From a virus (Duplodnaviria; Caudoviricetes), in the IMG/VR virus record IMGVR_UViG_3300033121_001301, positions 21,273-85,272 of that record: 64,000 nucleotides of DNA; one strand, written 5' to 3'. Below are positions 18,103 to 27,018 of this stretch, one piece after another. Under the pieces are notes generated by a model. It did not search any database. It was not told where the DNA came from and worked only from the letters and a program-made list of their open reading frames with translations. Numbering within the stretch: the stretch's first letter is position 1; every line of letters starts with the position of its first letter. The translations under genes and the position numbers were made by a program.

Positions 18103-19248
18103 CTAGACTCCTTGGGAAGCACGAAGCTGATTGAGCTTTGCTTCCAGATCTTTGGGATTTGTGGAAATCAGAACCTGGTCAACAATGTCTCGCACCAGCT
18201 TGCCCTGACTTGTAGCTTCATGCTTGTTCAAGTACTCAGTCACACTGTTGGACAACTGCTGAGCGCCAGGTCCGTAGATGCTCTCAAATGAAAAAGCCTC
18301 GCTCTCACTTTGAACATAAGGGTCAGCAAACAAGTGAAACCGACCTTCACCATACTCTTCGAGAGTCTGCTGCAGACCGGGAATCCTCGAGTTGTAGCTG
18401 ACTTTCAGCAAAGCAATGTTGATGTCAGCTGGGTCATAGTACTTCGGCAATTGGCTGAGATGGGCCATTTGCAGATCAAGCTCTTCTTCATTGCGGATAG
18501 TTGTCTGAAACACTTTGCGGCAAGGTAGAGGAACAGACACCACAGAATTGTCTCTCAGATCCAGAACCAGAAAACGTGGCTCTGCTTCTTCTCGCCAAGC
18601 CTGCATGAAGAAGGGTCCAACTGAGAAGAACTGCCTGCCGTCTGGAAGGAACAGATCTTTCTTCAGATGCATATCACCCGAGAACAACCTCTGGATGTTG
18701 CCAGGTAACTGCATGAGATCCAGATTACCAACACCCATGGGTACCCAGGGCTTCCACAACTGGTGAGTGAACAAGTTGTAGGAGATGTCTTCATCTAGCC
18801 CACCGATGAAAGACTGCAGCTCTTCAGGTGAAGTGTTGTCAATCGCGGCAAAGCACTGATCACCGATGTAGAAAGTCTTCCTGTCGATGTGGATAGTTCT
18901 TTTGTCAATCGCAGAAAGCCACGGAGTGCCTGGACATCGACTCGACTTTTCATGCTGCCCCTGGATGTACAGGTAGTGCTTGCAGACTGATAGGTGCTTT
19001 TCAAAGTAATTCTTAAGCCACAACACTCGGTCAGGCTGAGGATCCGATGTGTCAATCGTGTCTCCACCGGAGATGTGTATCACGTTTTCGTGTTGGTTCA
19101 ACTCATCGCAGTACTGTGTAACAAACTCCGCAGCTCTCTCAGTGTCACCCCTAATCAGCGGTCTCTTTGCCCACGGACCTCGCAGCAGGTGTGGCTGGTG
19201 ATGTTCATCCGAAGTAATCACCACGTATCGAATGTCGTCAAACTGCAT
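18103..19248 (-). CDS. sbcD: SbcD/Mre11-like metallophosphoesterase nuclease
   Basis: TSDEH, GGDTID, GQHE, FTHQ, SGDMH. Probable start MQFDD at 19248 after AGGAG. Confidence 0.92.
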   Translation of the reverse strand: MQFDDIRYVVITSDEHHQPHLLRGPWAKRPLIRGDTERAAEFVTQYCDELNQHENVIHISGGDTIDTSDPQPDRVLWLKNYFEKHLSVCKHYLYIQGQHEKSSRCPGTPWLSAIDKRTIHIDRKTFYIGDQCFAAIDNTSPEELQSFIGGLDEDISYNLFTHQLWKPWVPMGVGNLDLMQLPGNIQRLFSGDMHLKKDLFLPDGRQFFSVGPFFMQAWREEAEPRFLVLDLRDNSVVSVPLPCRKVFQTTIRNEEELDLQMAHLSQLPKYYDPADINIALLKVSYNSRIPGLQQTLEEYGEGRFHLFADPYVQSESEAFSFESIYGPGAQQLSNSVTEYLNKHEATSQGKLVRDIVDQVLISTNPKDLEAKLNQLRASQGV

Positions 19249-19252
19249 CCTG

Positions 19253-19864
19253 TTACTCCTGATTGATAAAGACGTAATGGGTGGGTTCAGCCTTGGGATC
19301 CATCTTGTCGTTGGAAAACAAACCGTAAGTTCCAATGATGCTACTACGCTTCACAGGAATGCCGGTAGTGTTGAGCATATCGCCATTTCGAGTCAGGTAA
19401 TATTCGACACCAACATAGTCGTCGGCTTTTGCTATCTCAAAACAAAACACTGTACCGTCACGGAAAGGAACAGAGAATCGAAACAGCTGCTTGCCAGTGG
19501 AAAAATCAAAAGGCTTTCCATCAGTCAAAGTTCCAAACATGGGATGAGTCCCATTGAGCATTGAATCAAGCTCTTTGACAGTCGCTGCAGTGAGAAAAAT
19601 AGTGGCACTGTGAGTTGGGTAATCCAAAAGCATTTGCAGCTTGTACTCAACCTTGCCATCTTTTGAGACATTCGAACCAGGTATGGAAGCTTTCGTCTTG
19701 ATGGGGCCAAGAACAGCATCAAGGTACACATCGACTGGCTGACTGAGACCATTCAGGATATCACCCAACTGTGCGTACAAGGCTAAACATGCCTTCTTGT
19801 AATCACCTCCTCTCACTTCAACTTCCTGACAGAATTGGTTAAACCGCTCGATCACTGAACTCAT
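19253..19864 (-). CDS. hypothetical protein
   Basis: GGAG then ATG (MSSVIERF) at 19864; first gene of the replication block. Confidence 0.65.
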   Translation of the reverse strand: MSSVIERFNQFCQEVEVRGGDYKKACLALYAQLGDILNGLSQPVDVYLDAVLGPIKTKASIPGSNVSKDGKVEYKLQMLLDYPTHSATIFLTAATVKELDSMLNGTHPMFGTLTDGKPFDFSTGKQLFRFSVPFRDGTVFCFEIAKADDYVGVEYYLTRNGDMLNTTGIPVKRSSIIGTYGLFSNDKMDPKAEPTHYVFINQE

Positions 19865-19877
19865 GGAGAACTCCAAA

Positions 19878-19914
19878 TAGAAAAACCGAGAGTAGCTGTC
19901 CAACTACTCTCGGT
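19878..19914 (-). terminator. intrinsic terminator
   Basis: 11-bp stem ACCGAGAGTAG/CTACTCTCGGT (19885-19914) with an 8-nt loop, followed by TTTTCT on the minus strand. Confidence 0.75.
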
Positions 19915-19996
19915 CTTAGGGTGGGTGTGCGACTGACCATGGAAGCCTGACGAACATCAGCGGCACAGTGTAATCATAGAGCCAAAAACAGCGTAT

Positions 19997-21100
19997 TCAA
20001 CCGGTAGATTGAGGAATTTCTGCTGCTGTTGACTCCAGTTGAAGACGCTTGAACTTGGTGACGTAGTGATTGGTATTCAGCCTTTTGCGCTTGAGGAAAA
20101 AGGTTTCAATCGACCGCTCCCAGCGCACCTTGGAAAAAGACATGGAGCGAGTGAGACGGAGTTTCATACTGGTGAAACTGTGCAGAACATCTGGCTCTTC
20201 TGCGTGTTTGAAAAACAGATAGTAGCCAAACGAAAAAGCTTTAGCGAATAAGTGCGCGGAGTTTCTCACCCTGTCGAGTGGCCTGGTTTTACTCCTAGTA
20301 ACTTTTGCCACGTCTGCCGCAATACCCCTGAAAACTCGCTTCTTAAAAGCCTTCGTGTCCAACACCGGGGTATGCGCCAACAGAATAGAGCAGCGGAAAA
20401 GAAAGCCTTTTTTCTTATCCTTGACCCGATAAATACGAGTGTTGTAAAGTTGTCCAAACACTTCCGCATCTACTTTGATTCTAGCTTTGACCAGCTTCAA
20501 AACAGATCGAAGGGTCTCTTCAGTAGTTGTGACTGCATCAAAATCTAAGTGATACACGGTTCCCAACAACGGCAGTAAGTGCTTCTTTCCGAAGGCTAGT
20601 GCAATGTTGTACACACGCTTGTGCATTCTAACTGCGGCACGAAAACGACAGTACTTGCAATCAACAGCCCCGCACCTTCTGAACTTGAAAGGCTGCTCAG
20701 CTACATTAAGTAGCCTGGAACGACACATAGGTGGAGGGCAATTATATCGACGCTCGTACCCACGAAAACCAATGTCGAAAGCAGCTACAGCTGAAGAATC
20801 AACATCGCGACGAAGCTCCATAGTGCTTCGAGACCAGCTCTTAAGCCAAGTTCGATAGCTGTTAGAAAGAGACAGCGCAGCGAAAGAGCAGAAATCGACT
20901 AAGCCAAAACGACGAGCTGCGAGCAAAGTCTTGTCTTGCAGAAACTCAGGCGAGTCTTTATTAGTCAGTTTGCCTTTGTGCCTCAACCACACCTGGTAAA
21001 TACCAGGAAACATGCCGCGAGCCAGAGTGAAAAAGATTCGATCAAGGAATCTCAGGTTGTGTGGGTCAGATGGGACAAGCTTGTAGACAGCTTTGAACAT
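19997..21100 (-). CDS. basic Zn-finger DNA-binding protein, possibly degenerate HUH/Rep-like
   Basis: Very K/R-rich; C-x4-C...CGAVDCKYC; downstream strand/helix order resembles Rep_1 proteins but the HUH residues are absent. Confidence 0.5.
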   Translation of the reverse strand: MFKAVYKLVPSDPHNLRFLDRIFFTLARGMFPGIYQVWLRHKGKLTNKDSPEFLQDKTLLAARRFGLVDFCSFAALSLSNSYRTWLKSWSRSTMELRRDVDSSAVAAFDIGFRGYERRYNCPPPMCRSRLLNVAEQPFKFRRCGAVDCKYCRFRAAVRMHKRVYNIALAFGKKHLLPLLGTVYHLDFDAVTTTEETLRSVLKLVKARIKVDAEVFGQLYNTRIYRVKDKKKGFLFRCSILLAHTPVLDTKAFKKRVFRGIAADVAKVTRSKTRPLDRVRNSAHLFAKAFSFGYYLFFKHAEEPDVLHSFTSMKLRLTRSMSFSKVRWERSIETFFLKRKRLNTNHYVTKFKRLQLESTAAEIPQSTG

Positions 21101-21336
21101 AAGCACCTAAAAAAGTAGCTTGCAAAGCTTTCGATTGAAGCCAATTTGCAAGACAGATGACTTAAATGGCCACTTAACATTCTCAGAGAAGTCTGATTAA
21201 AGACTTCTGAGAAATAAGGTAAAACTTTTTTCAGAACAAGGTAGTTAATATTCAATTAAGGTGTTGAGAGTCTTCAGACTCATCTCAACGTAAAAATTTC
21301 TTAATTGACCTGCGACCCTTAAATCCCTGGATATCT

Positions 21337-21364
21337 ATCATAACTCTATCATAATCTCTCTGAA
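21337..21364 (-). promoter_or_regulatory. candidate promoter TTCAGA-N16-TATGAT
   Basis: In the AT-rich intergenic region upstream of 19997..21100. The direct repeat TCTATCATAA occurs at 21334 and 21345. Confidence 0.35.
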
Positions 21365-21541
21365 GCCTGTTTTTAACACAACGTCTATAAAATTACTTAT
21401 GTGGCTATGAAAATAGACTCCGTTCTCAAGAAGGCCATTCCCGGCCCTTCTGAATCCTCGACGACCCAATCCACGAAAAACGTACCGAGCCTGTCACAGT
21501 GAAGGCGTGGGGAGCTGGAATGAGGCTTCTGAGTTGTTGTC

Positions 21542-22060
21542 TTACTCTTCGTCTGACTCGGTCCCGAGATCCTCTGGATCGAGGATACTTCGGCGGGCTT
21601 GAACAAATGAAAGCGTCTTGGTCTGGTTGTTGGAGAACCAGGAGAACCCACACTCATTGCAGGCTAGCTTCCAGATAGGCTTGTCAACCTGGGGCAGGAC
21701 GTTGACTACGTCTCCAGGGTTGTTGCAGCGCGGGCAGGACTTGTTGCGAAGAAGATCTGCAAAGGTCTCTTCCGGTAACGGCTTTTCGTAAATCAGCGGT
21801 CCCAGATAAAGCTCAGATGCCAGCATCATCATTTCAGCAATGACGCTGGTCATCTCTTTGCAGATTTCGTTCGGCTTCTTCTTCCTGACGGAATCTATGA
21901 ATTTCCGCCAGTGTGCTTCCAGGGTGTACCACTCCCGGTTGAGATCAATCATGATCTCACGGAGCGGTCTATTGGTAGTTTTGCTGGAAGCCTTTTTGGC
22001 GATGAGTTGTTTGGTAACGGCGATCAAGATCTGATTGATCTTAGGCTTCGGAACTGCCAT
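21542..22060 (-). CDS. hypothetical protein with C-terminal zinc ribbon
   Basis: CPRC...CNEC at the C-terminus; helical N-terminus. Confidence 0.65.
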   Translation of the reverse strand: MAVPKPKINQILIAVTKQLIAKKASSKTTNRPLREIMIDLNREWYTLEAHWRKFIDSVRKKKPNEICKEMTSVIAEMMMLASELYLGPLIYEKPLPEETFADLLRNKSCPRCNNPGDVVNVLPQVDKPIWKLACNECGFSWFSNNQTKTLSFVQARRSILDPEDLGTESDEE

Positions 22061-22098
22061 TGAGTGTCGCCCTTACCTTGGAACTCCACTTCAGGTTT

Positions 22099-22452
22099 CT
22101 ACTTTTCCTGCCCGAGAAAGTGACACAAGACGTAGAAATAGCCAAGTCCTGATAGTGCTATCAAACACGATACTTCAATTCTGGGCCAAAACAAGATGTT
22201 TTGGTAAAGAGGAATCAACCTGTAAGCCAGTAAAGAGAAGACTATCGCGTAGACATAAGTACCAAAACAGTACTTGCAACTCAGAACAGCTGAGAAGAAT
22301 CCAGCGGAGAAAACCCCAGCATCCCTGTGGGCTTCCATTCTCGCTCGGAGTGGGGACATCAAGGTGGATATCGCCACCAGGTAGGCCATGGTCAAAGCAC
22401 AGCCGGTGGCAATGAAACTGCACACCAACGCCCACGTCACTATCTCAGTCAT
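22099..22452 (-). CDS. DUF1360-like membrane protein
   Basis: Hydrophobic helices plus PLR...LSCKYCFGTY, resembling the DUF1360 CxxC.g.W pattern. Confidence 0.6.
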   Translation of the reverse strand: MTEIVTWALVCSFIATGCALTMAYLVAISTLMSPLRARMEAHRDAGVFSAGFFSAVLSCKYCFGTYVYAIVFSLLAYRLIPLYQNILFWPRIEVSCLIALSGLGYFYVLCHFLGQEK

Positions 22453-22663
22453 GAATAAATCTCTGTTGAAGCAGAACATTCACATTGTTAATGTAATAGT
22501 TGTTCTGGATGTAAGTCACAGAGTGGTTTCTAGTTACGTTTGGCGGATTCTGCTTTGCCTCTTTTCTGTCTTCTCGCTTTCTTGGCAGCTGCTTACTCTC
22601 CGCAAACGTCTTGAACCGATGCAGCGCCTGGGTTGATAACTCTTGCACAAGTGATCCCAACAT
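22445..22663 (-). CDS. small hypothetical protein
   Basis: Fills the gap and overlaps the DUF1360 start; start codon uncertain. Confidence 0.35.
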   Translation of the reverse strand: MLGSLVQELSTQALHRFKTFAESKQLPRKREDRKEAKQNPPNVTRNHSVTYIQNNYYINNVNVLLQQRFIHD

Positions 22664-24518
22664 GGTAGCTCCAGTCTCTTTCAAAAATTCACCAGAGTTA
22701 GCAAACTACGATCGAGGAGAAAAGGTTAGACGAACAAGCTATGTGCATCAGTTGCCCCACTTGTTCAATCTGAATGGTGTACCTTACAGCTTACAGCGAT
22801 ATGCTCCAATGGAGCCTATTTACACCCTTCCTCTACCCGAAATGCTTTGCATTGTCTCCGGTCGTCAGGTTTCCAAATCAACTGTGTTAGGTTGCCGACA
22901 GCTCACTATCGCGACTCATCGACCTAACACGGACATACTCACTATCCTACCCCGTTTCGAACAAACCCGCACCTTCAGTAGTGGAGTAGTTGCCCGATTT
23001 ATTGCCGAATCAGATTTTGGTAAAACCTGGTGTGGCCCAAATGCCATGCAAAACGTGCTTCAACGCTCGTTTGCCAATGGAAGTAACCTCTACTTTTCTT
23101 ACGCTGGTACAACTGGGAACACTGCTCAAAAGTCATCCGGTGACCGTGTCCGTGGTAAATCCATCGACATGGTCAACTATGACGAAAGCCAGGACATCGA
23201 CTACAGCGTGGTGGCTGTTATCAATGAAACCATGGCTGCTTCCGGTGTGGAAGGTACTACCTACACCGGAACTCCCAAGACTCTGACAACGACTTTGCAG
23301 AGTGCCTGGGACTATTCGAGTCAAGCTCGCTGGATCATCCCCTGCCATCACGGCGGCTGCAACTACAGAAACGTCTGCGATGAAGATCACCTGTGGAAGA
23401 TGGTGGGAGAGTATCGAGCTAACATCTCCCTCAAAGAACCTGGGGTGGTTTGTTCAAAGTGCAGAAAGCCTGTTTTCCCTCACCACGGCTTCTGGCACCA
23501 CAACGTAGCCAACCTTCGGTATCGCCGCCCTGGCTACCACATCCCTCAGCTGATCCTGCCACTTCACTACGCTGATCCCAGAAAGTGGAGACGTTTGATT
23601 GACAAGATGCGAGGTAAAGACGGCTTCAATAAAGCCCGTTTTTACAACGAAGTTCTTGGTCTGCCTTATGACAAACTGTCTTCGCTCATCAGTCAGTCGG
23701 AGCTGCAAGCTGCTTCCAAATTAGACTGGCATGGTCAGGATCTGGAAAAAGCCCTGGCTGCAAGTCACAACTACGACATAGTCATCATGTCTGTGGATTG
23801 GAGCGGTGGTGGCAGTCTGACCGGGGAGGAATCCTTTTCACACACGGCTGTAGCTATCATGGGCTACTCGGGCATCGACAACAGAATCGATGTTATCTAC
23901 GGTGAAAAGTTCGACGTGTCGATGGACACTTTCGGTGAAGCTGACAAGCTGATGTACCTGTACAGGATGTTCAACTGTGATCAGCTGGTTCATGATTACA
24001 CTGGTGCTGGTGGTGTTCGAGAGACCATCATGATTCACCAGGGTGTGGATGTCGAGAAGATCTGGCCAGCCAAGTTCATTCCAGCCACCCGAGGTCCAGC
24101 TGTTCGAGCTGTTCATGGAGTGCTTCCCAACACTCCACGTATCGTGTGGCAGGTGGAAAAGACTCGATGTGTGCAGCTGGTGTGTGCTGCGATCAAGATG
24201 AAGTTAATCAACTTCTTTAAGAATGATTTCAAGGATCAGAATGACCCCGGCTTGATCGCTGACTTTCTGGCGTTTGTGCAGCATAAGATCCAGACTGTTC
24301 GAGCTGCGGAAACTTACACTATCCGCAGAAACCCCAACAAGTCTGACGACTTTGCCATGGCCGTATGCCAGGGAGCCGTAGCTATCTGGCACATGCTGCA
24401 GGCTTGGCCTAACTTCGGTATCAACATCTACGACAACGAAGATGACCTTGCTCGAGAAGCTGCTGATTACGAAGACATGGTCAAGACACTGGGGATGTCT
24501 CTGAACAACTCTTACTAG
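22662..24518 (+). CDS. terL: terminase large subunit
   Basis: Walker A-like GRQVSKST, Walker B NYDESQD, motif III GTPKT, Zn motif CHHGGC..CSKC, RNase H-like nuclease SVDW, HDYTG, DDFAMA. The start may be 22611 or 22662. Confidence 0.9.
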   Translation: MVAPVSFKNSPELANYDRGEKVRRTSYVHQLPHLFNLNGVPYSLQRYAPMEPIYTLPLPEMLCIVSGRQVSKSTVLGCRQLTIATHRPNTDILTILPRFEQTRTFSSGVVARFIAESDFGKTWCGPNAMQNVLQRSFANGSNLYFSYAGTTGNTAQKSSGDRVRGKSIDMVNYDESQDIDYSVVAVINETMAASGVEGTTYTGTPKTLTTTLQSAWDYSSQARWIIPCHHGGCNYRNVCDEDHLWKMVGEYRANISLKEPGVVCSKCRKPVFPHHGFWHHNVANLRYRRPGYHIPQLILPLHYADPRKWRRLIDKMRGKDGFNKARFYNEVLGLPYDKLSSLISQSELQAASKLDWHGQDLEKALAASHNYDIVIMSVDWSGGGSLTGEESFSHTAVAIMGYSGIDNRIDVIYGEKFDVSMDTFGEADKLMYLYRMFNCDQLVHDYTGAGGVRETIMIHQGVDVEKIWPAKFIPATRGPAVRAVHGVLPNTPRIVWQVEKTRCVQLVCAAIKMKLINFFKNDFKDQNDPGLIADFLAFVQHKIQTVRAAETYTIRRNPNKSDDFAMAVCQGAVAIWHMLQAWPNFGINIYDNEDDLAREAADYEDMVKTLGMSLNNSY

Positions 24519-25845
24519 GGTTTAAGAACGTCGACAGTTCCAGCGCGTACTTGGAGTATCGACGATCGAACTCCAGTTGTACGTTGTTGACCATGCATTC
24601 TCGAAGAAGCACATCAAAGGCTCTTTTCTCTAACTCTCGACCAGCAGTGAAAACCAAGGTCCAGTCTTTCGACTGCAGCTCGCAGTGATAGGTGACATTT
24701 CGACCTTGTTTAACAGCGTTCTTCACCACCAGGTTGGCACCCAGAATGACTCGGTTGTTGATATCAACCCATCTGTTACCTTCGTTGAACACCACAACAC
24801 CTTCCGGTAATCGTCTGCTGAACTTCTGCAACAGCAAGCTGGCTTCAATGTCTTTCCAGCTCTCTGCTGGCAGGTGCTTGGCTATCTCCTGAATGTCATT
24901 TCCAGGAAGCTTTGATCGATTCAGCAAAGCAGCTGCAAGTTCCCAAGGCAGCTTAATCAGGTTCCTGGCAATGGTGGTAGACCAGTGCGATCCCTCCAGT
25001 AGTGCCTTCTCAACAAGAGCTGGCACCATGGGGGCATTTACTTTTTTCTCCTCACTGCCACGGTGCGTGATCGAGTAAGTCTTGCCATTGATTTTCGGCA
25101 TCTTAGCGATCGAGTCTGGTGAGAAGTGAGTAAACGCAGCAGTGTGATTGGCTATGTCTGAGTTTCTGAAATTCAGGTTGTTGGTGCAGAGATAGCCAAG
25201 TGGGAGATTTGTCTTTCCCAGAGAAGCCTGGTAAGCGTGGCTCCGGATAACCAGGGCGGGATCTTCCAGCAGTACAGACTCTACCTGATTGTCACTTGGT
25301 AGAAACCCGATCTTGGGATTGTCTACCACAGTAAGCACTTCAGTCCAGGTTTTAGAGTGGCTGATTTTCACCAGGCAAAAACCGGTGATTCTCCCAGGAG
25401 CGTCTTCCAGTTTCATCACCAGGAAAGGTGGAGCCAGTTTCAAGTAGCCTGCTGGACTCCATCGTTCCAGCAGAGAAGCCTGCTCGAGATCGAAAGCTAC
25501 CCTGACATACTTGGTTAAGTACTCAGTGTAAGCCAGGCATTTGCTGACTGTTTCATCCTTGGTCATGACATTCCACACCGAGTTGGCTTTGTCGATCTCG
25601 TTGAGGAAGATGTCGTGATAACCGACCATCACCCGTTGTTCGATGTCTGGAAGGCTGCTGAGGTAGGCAGTATTAGCTACCTTGACCCGAGAGAAGCCAT
25701 AGCCACAAGTGGGGCAATACACCCAGTCTTTTTTGCTGTGTTTAACGAAGGATTTCTTGCACAATTTGCAGATAGCTGCTGGTATTTGCTCATCCGGAAT
25801 CGTTAAACCATGTTCAAAAGTCACAGCGTCGGCTATCATACTCAT
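24481..25845 (-). CDS. Zn-ribbon plus degenerate primase-like protein
   Basis: CKLC...CPTC at the N-terminus; LVMKLEDAPGRITGF and VLLED resemble the DnaG core and first TOPRIM strand. Confidence 0.5.
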   Translation of the reverse strand: MSMIADAVTFEHGLTIPDEQIPAAICKLCKKSFVKHSKKDWVYCPTCGYGFSRVKVANTAYLSSLPDIEQRVMVGYHDIFLNEIDKANSVWNVMTKDETVSKCLAYTEYLTKYVRVAFDLEQASLLERWSPAGYLKLAPPFLVMKLEDAPGRITGFCLVKISHSKTWTEVLTVVDNPKIGFLPSDNQVESVLLEDPALVIRSHAYQASLGKTNLPLGYLCTNNLNFRNSDIANHTAAFTHFSPDSIAKMPKINGKTYSITHRGSEEKKVNAPMVPALVEKALLEGSHWSTTIARNLIKLPWELAAALLNRSKLPGNDIQEIAKHLPAESWKDIEASLLLQKFSRRLPEGVVVFNEGNRWVDINNRVILGANLVVKNAVKQGRNVTYHCELQSKDWTLVFTAGRELEKRAFDVLLRECMVNNVQLEFDRRYSKYALELSTFLNPSKSCSETSPVS

Positions 25846-25872
25846 GTCCTGGATTCTCCATAGGAGTTACGC

Positions 25873-27018
25873 ATGTCTGCTAAGATTATCGACCACGTCA
25901 ATGACCCAACCCGCGTTCATCTGATGAACAAGATCGCCAGTCACTACACTATCCCCGATTTTGTCCTCGACATGCCGGAAGATGATTTACAGCCACCCGC
26001 AGCTGGTGAACACATCTACGCCATGCCAGCCAAAAAGATGTTCCCCATCCACAACAAGGCTGCAGCTGTTCTCAGCGCCATCTACTACGATTCTATCAAG
26101 GAACAGCCTTTTGAAAGATCCGAAGGCATTCTGATGAAGAACGCCAAAGAAAAGCTGGAAACAGCTCTTACTCTCTTTGGTGAAGCCTGGCCCCAGAAGA
26201 AAGCCGCAGATGATCCAGTTCTTCGAGCTGAAGACTGTCTGGTGACTATCAAGAAAGAAGATGGCACAGAACAGTACCTTTTACCAGTTCGAAACGTGTT
26301 TGAGCTCAAGCGAGCTATTCACTATCTGGATGGCTTCAAAGACCACATGCCCATTGCTGCCAAGAAGATGATTGCAGAAGGTTTAACTAAACGGATCCAG
26401 AGCGATCAGAGCGAGCACCTTCTCAAGCTTGGCTTTACTCGCGAGTCTTTGAGTAATCGACTTGAAGATTATCAGGTCATTCTGGGCAACTACTATCTCA
26501 ACAAGGATGAAGTACTTCCCCGCCTGAAGCGAGCAAGCCTGTATCTCAAGGCCAAGGGTCTGTCTGAGGCTGAAGCCGACTTCAACAAGGTAGCTGAAGA
26601 AGTAGAGAAGGCCGACTTGTTTGTTCCAGGTCCAGTGGCTGAAGCTGTCGATCAGGTCTTTACCAAGTACTCGGAAGAAGTGGGTCGACCTAACTTTATC
26701 AAGATCACCCAGAAAGCTTTTGATGAATACTGCAATCAGCTCATCACTCTTCCAAACGCCAGCGTAATCAAATCTGCAGAGCTTCTGAAGCTGAAGAAGG
26801 CTGACTTCGCTGAGATCCTGGAACTTGATGCTGATTCTTTTGCTGACTCGACTGGCCTTTACCTGGAGCCAGGATTAGTGATTGCACAGATTAAGCGGGC
26901 TTCAGTCACTCAAGCAGATCGATTGATCAAGTCCATGAAGTTCAACAAGCTGGCTATCGAATACGAAGCCAGCGACTCTTATGAGCTGACTCAGGTAGAT
27001 ATGTCCAAGCTGATCTAA
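25873..27018 (+). CDS. hypothetical protein, probably virion or head associated
   Basis: 381 aa with an AGGAG RBS, in the packaging region. Confidence 0.7.
   Translation: MSAKIIDHVNDPTRVHLMNKIASHYTIPDFVLDMPEDDLQPPAAGEHIYAMPAKKMFPIHNKAAAVLSAIYYDSIKEQPFERSEGILMKNAKEKLETALTLFGEAWPQKKAADDPVLRAEDCLVTIKKEDGTEQYLLPVRNVFELKRAIHYLDGFKDHMPIAAKKMIAEGLTKRIQSDQSEHLLKLGFTRESLSNRLEDYQVILGNYYLNKDEVLPRLKRASLYLKAKGLSEAEADFNKVAEEVEKADLFVPGPVAEAVDQVFTKYSEEVGRPNFIKITQKAFDEYCNQLITLPNASVIKSAELLKLKKADFAEILELDADSFADSTGLYLEPGLVIAQIKRASVTQADRLIKSMKFNKLAIEYEASDSYELTQVDMSKLI

Noticed and set aside
4737-19248. RecA Walker A AEPHVGKT and Mre11 GQHE as signs of inactivation
   Set aside because: The essential GKT and metal ligands are retained, and such variation is expected in phage homologs.
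7910-24518. Inteins or group I introns in the polymerase, helicases or terminase
   Set aside because: Motif spacing is continuous, and no splicing or homing-endonuclease motifs were seen. The acidic insert in the polymerase is short.
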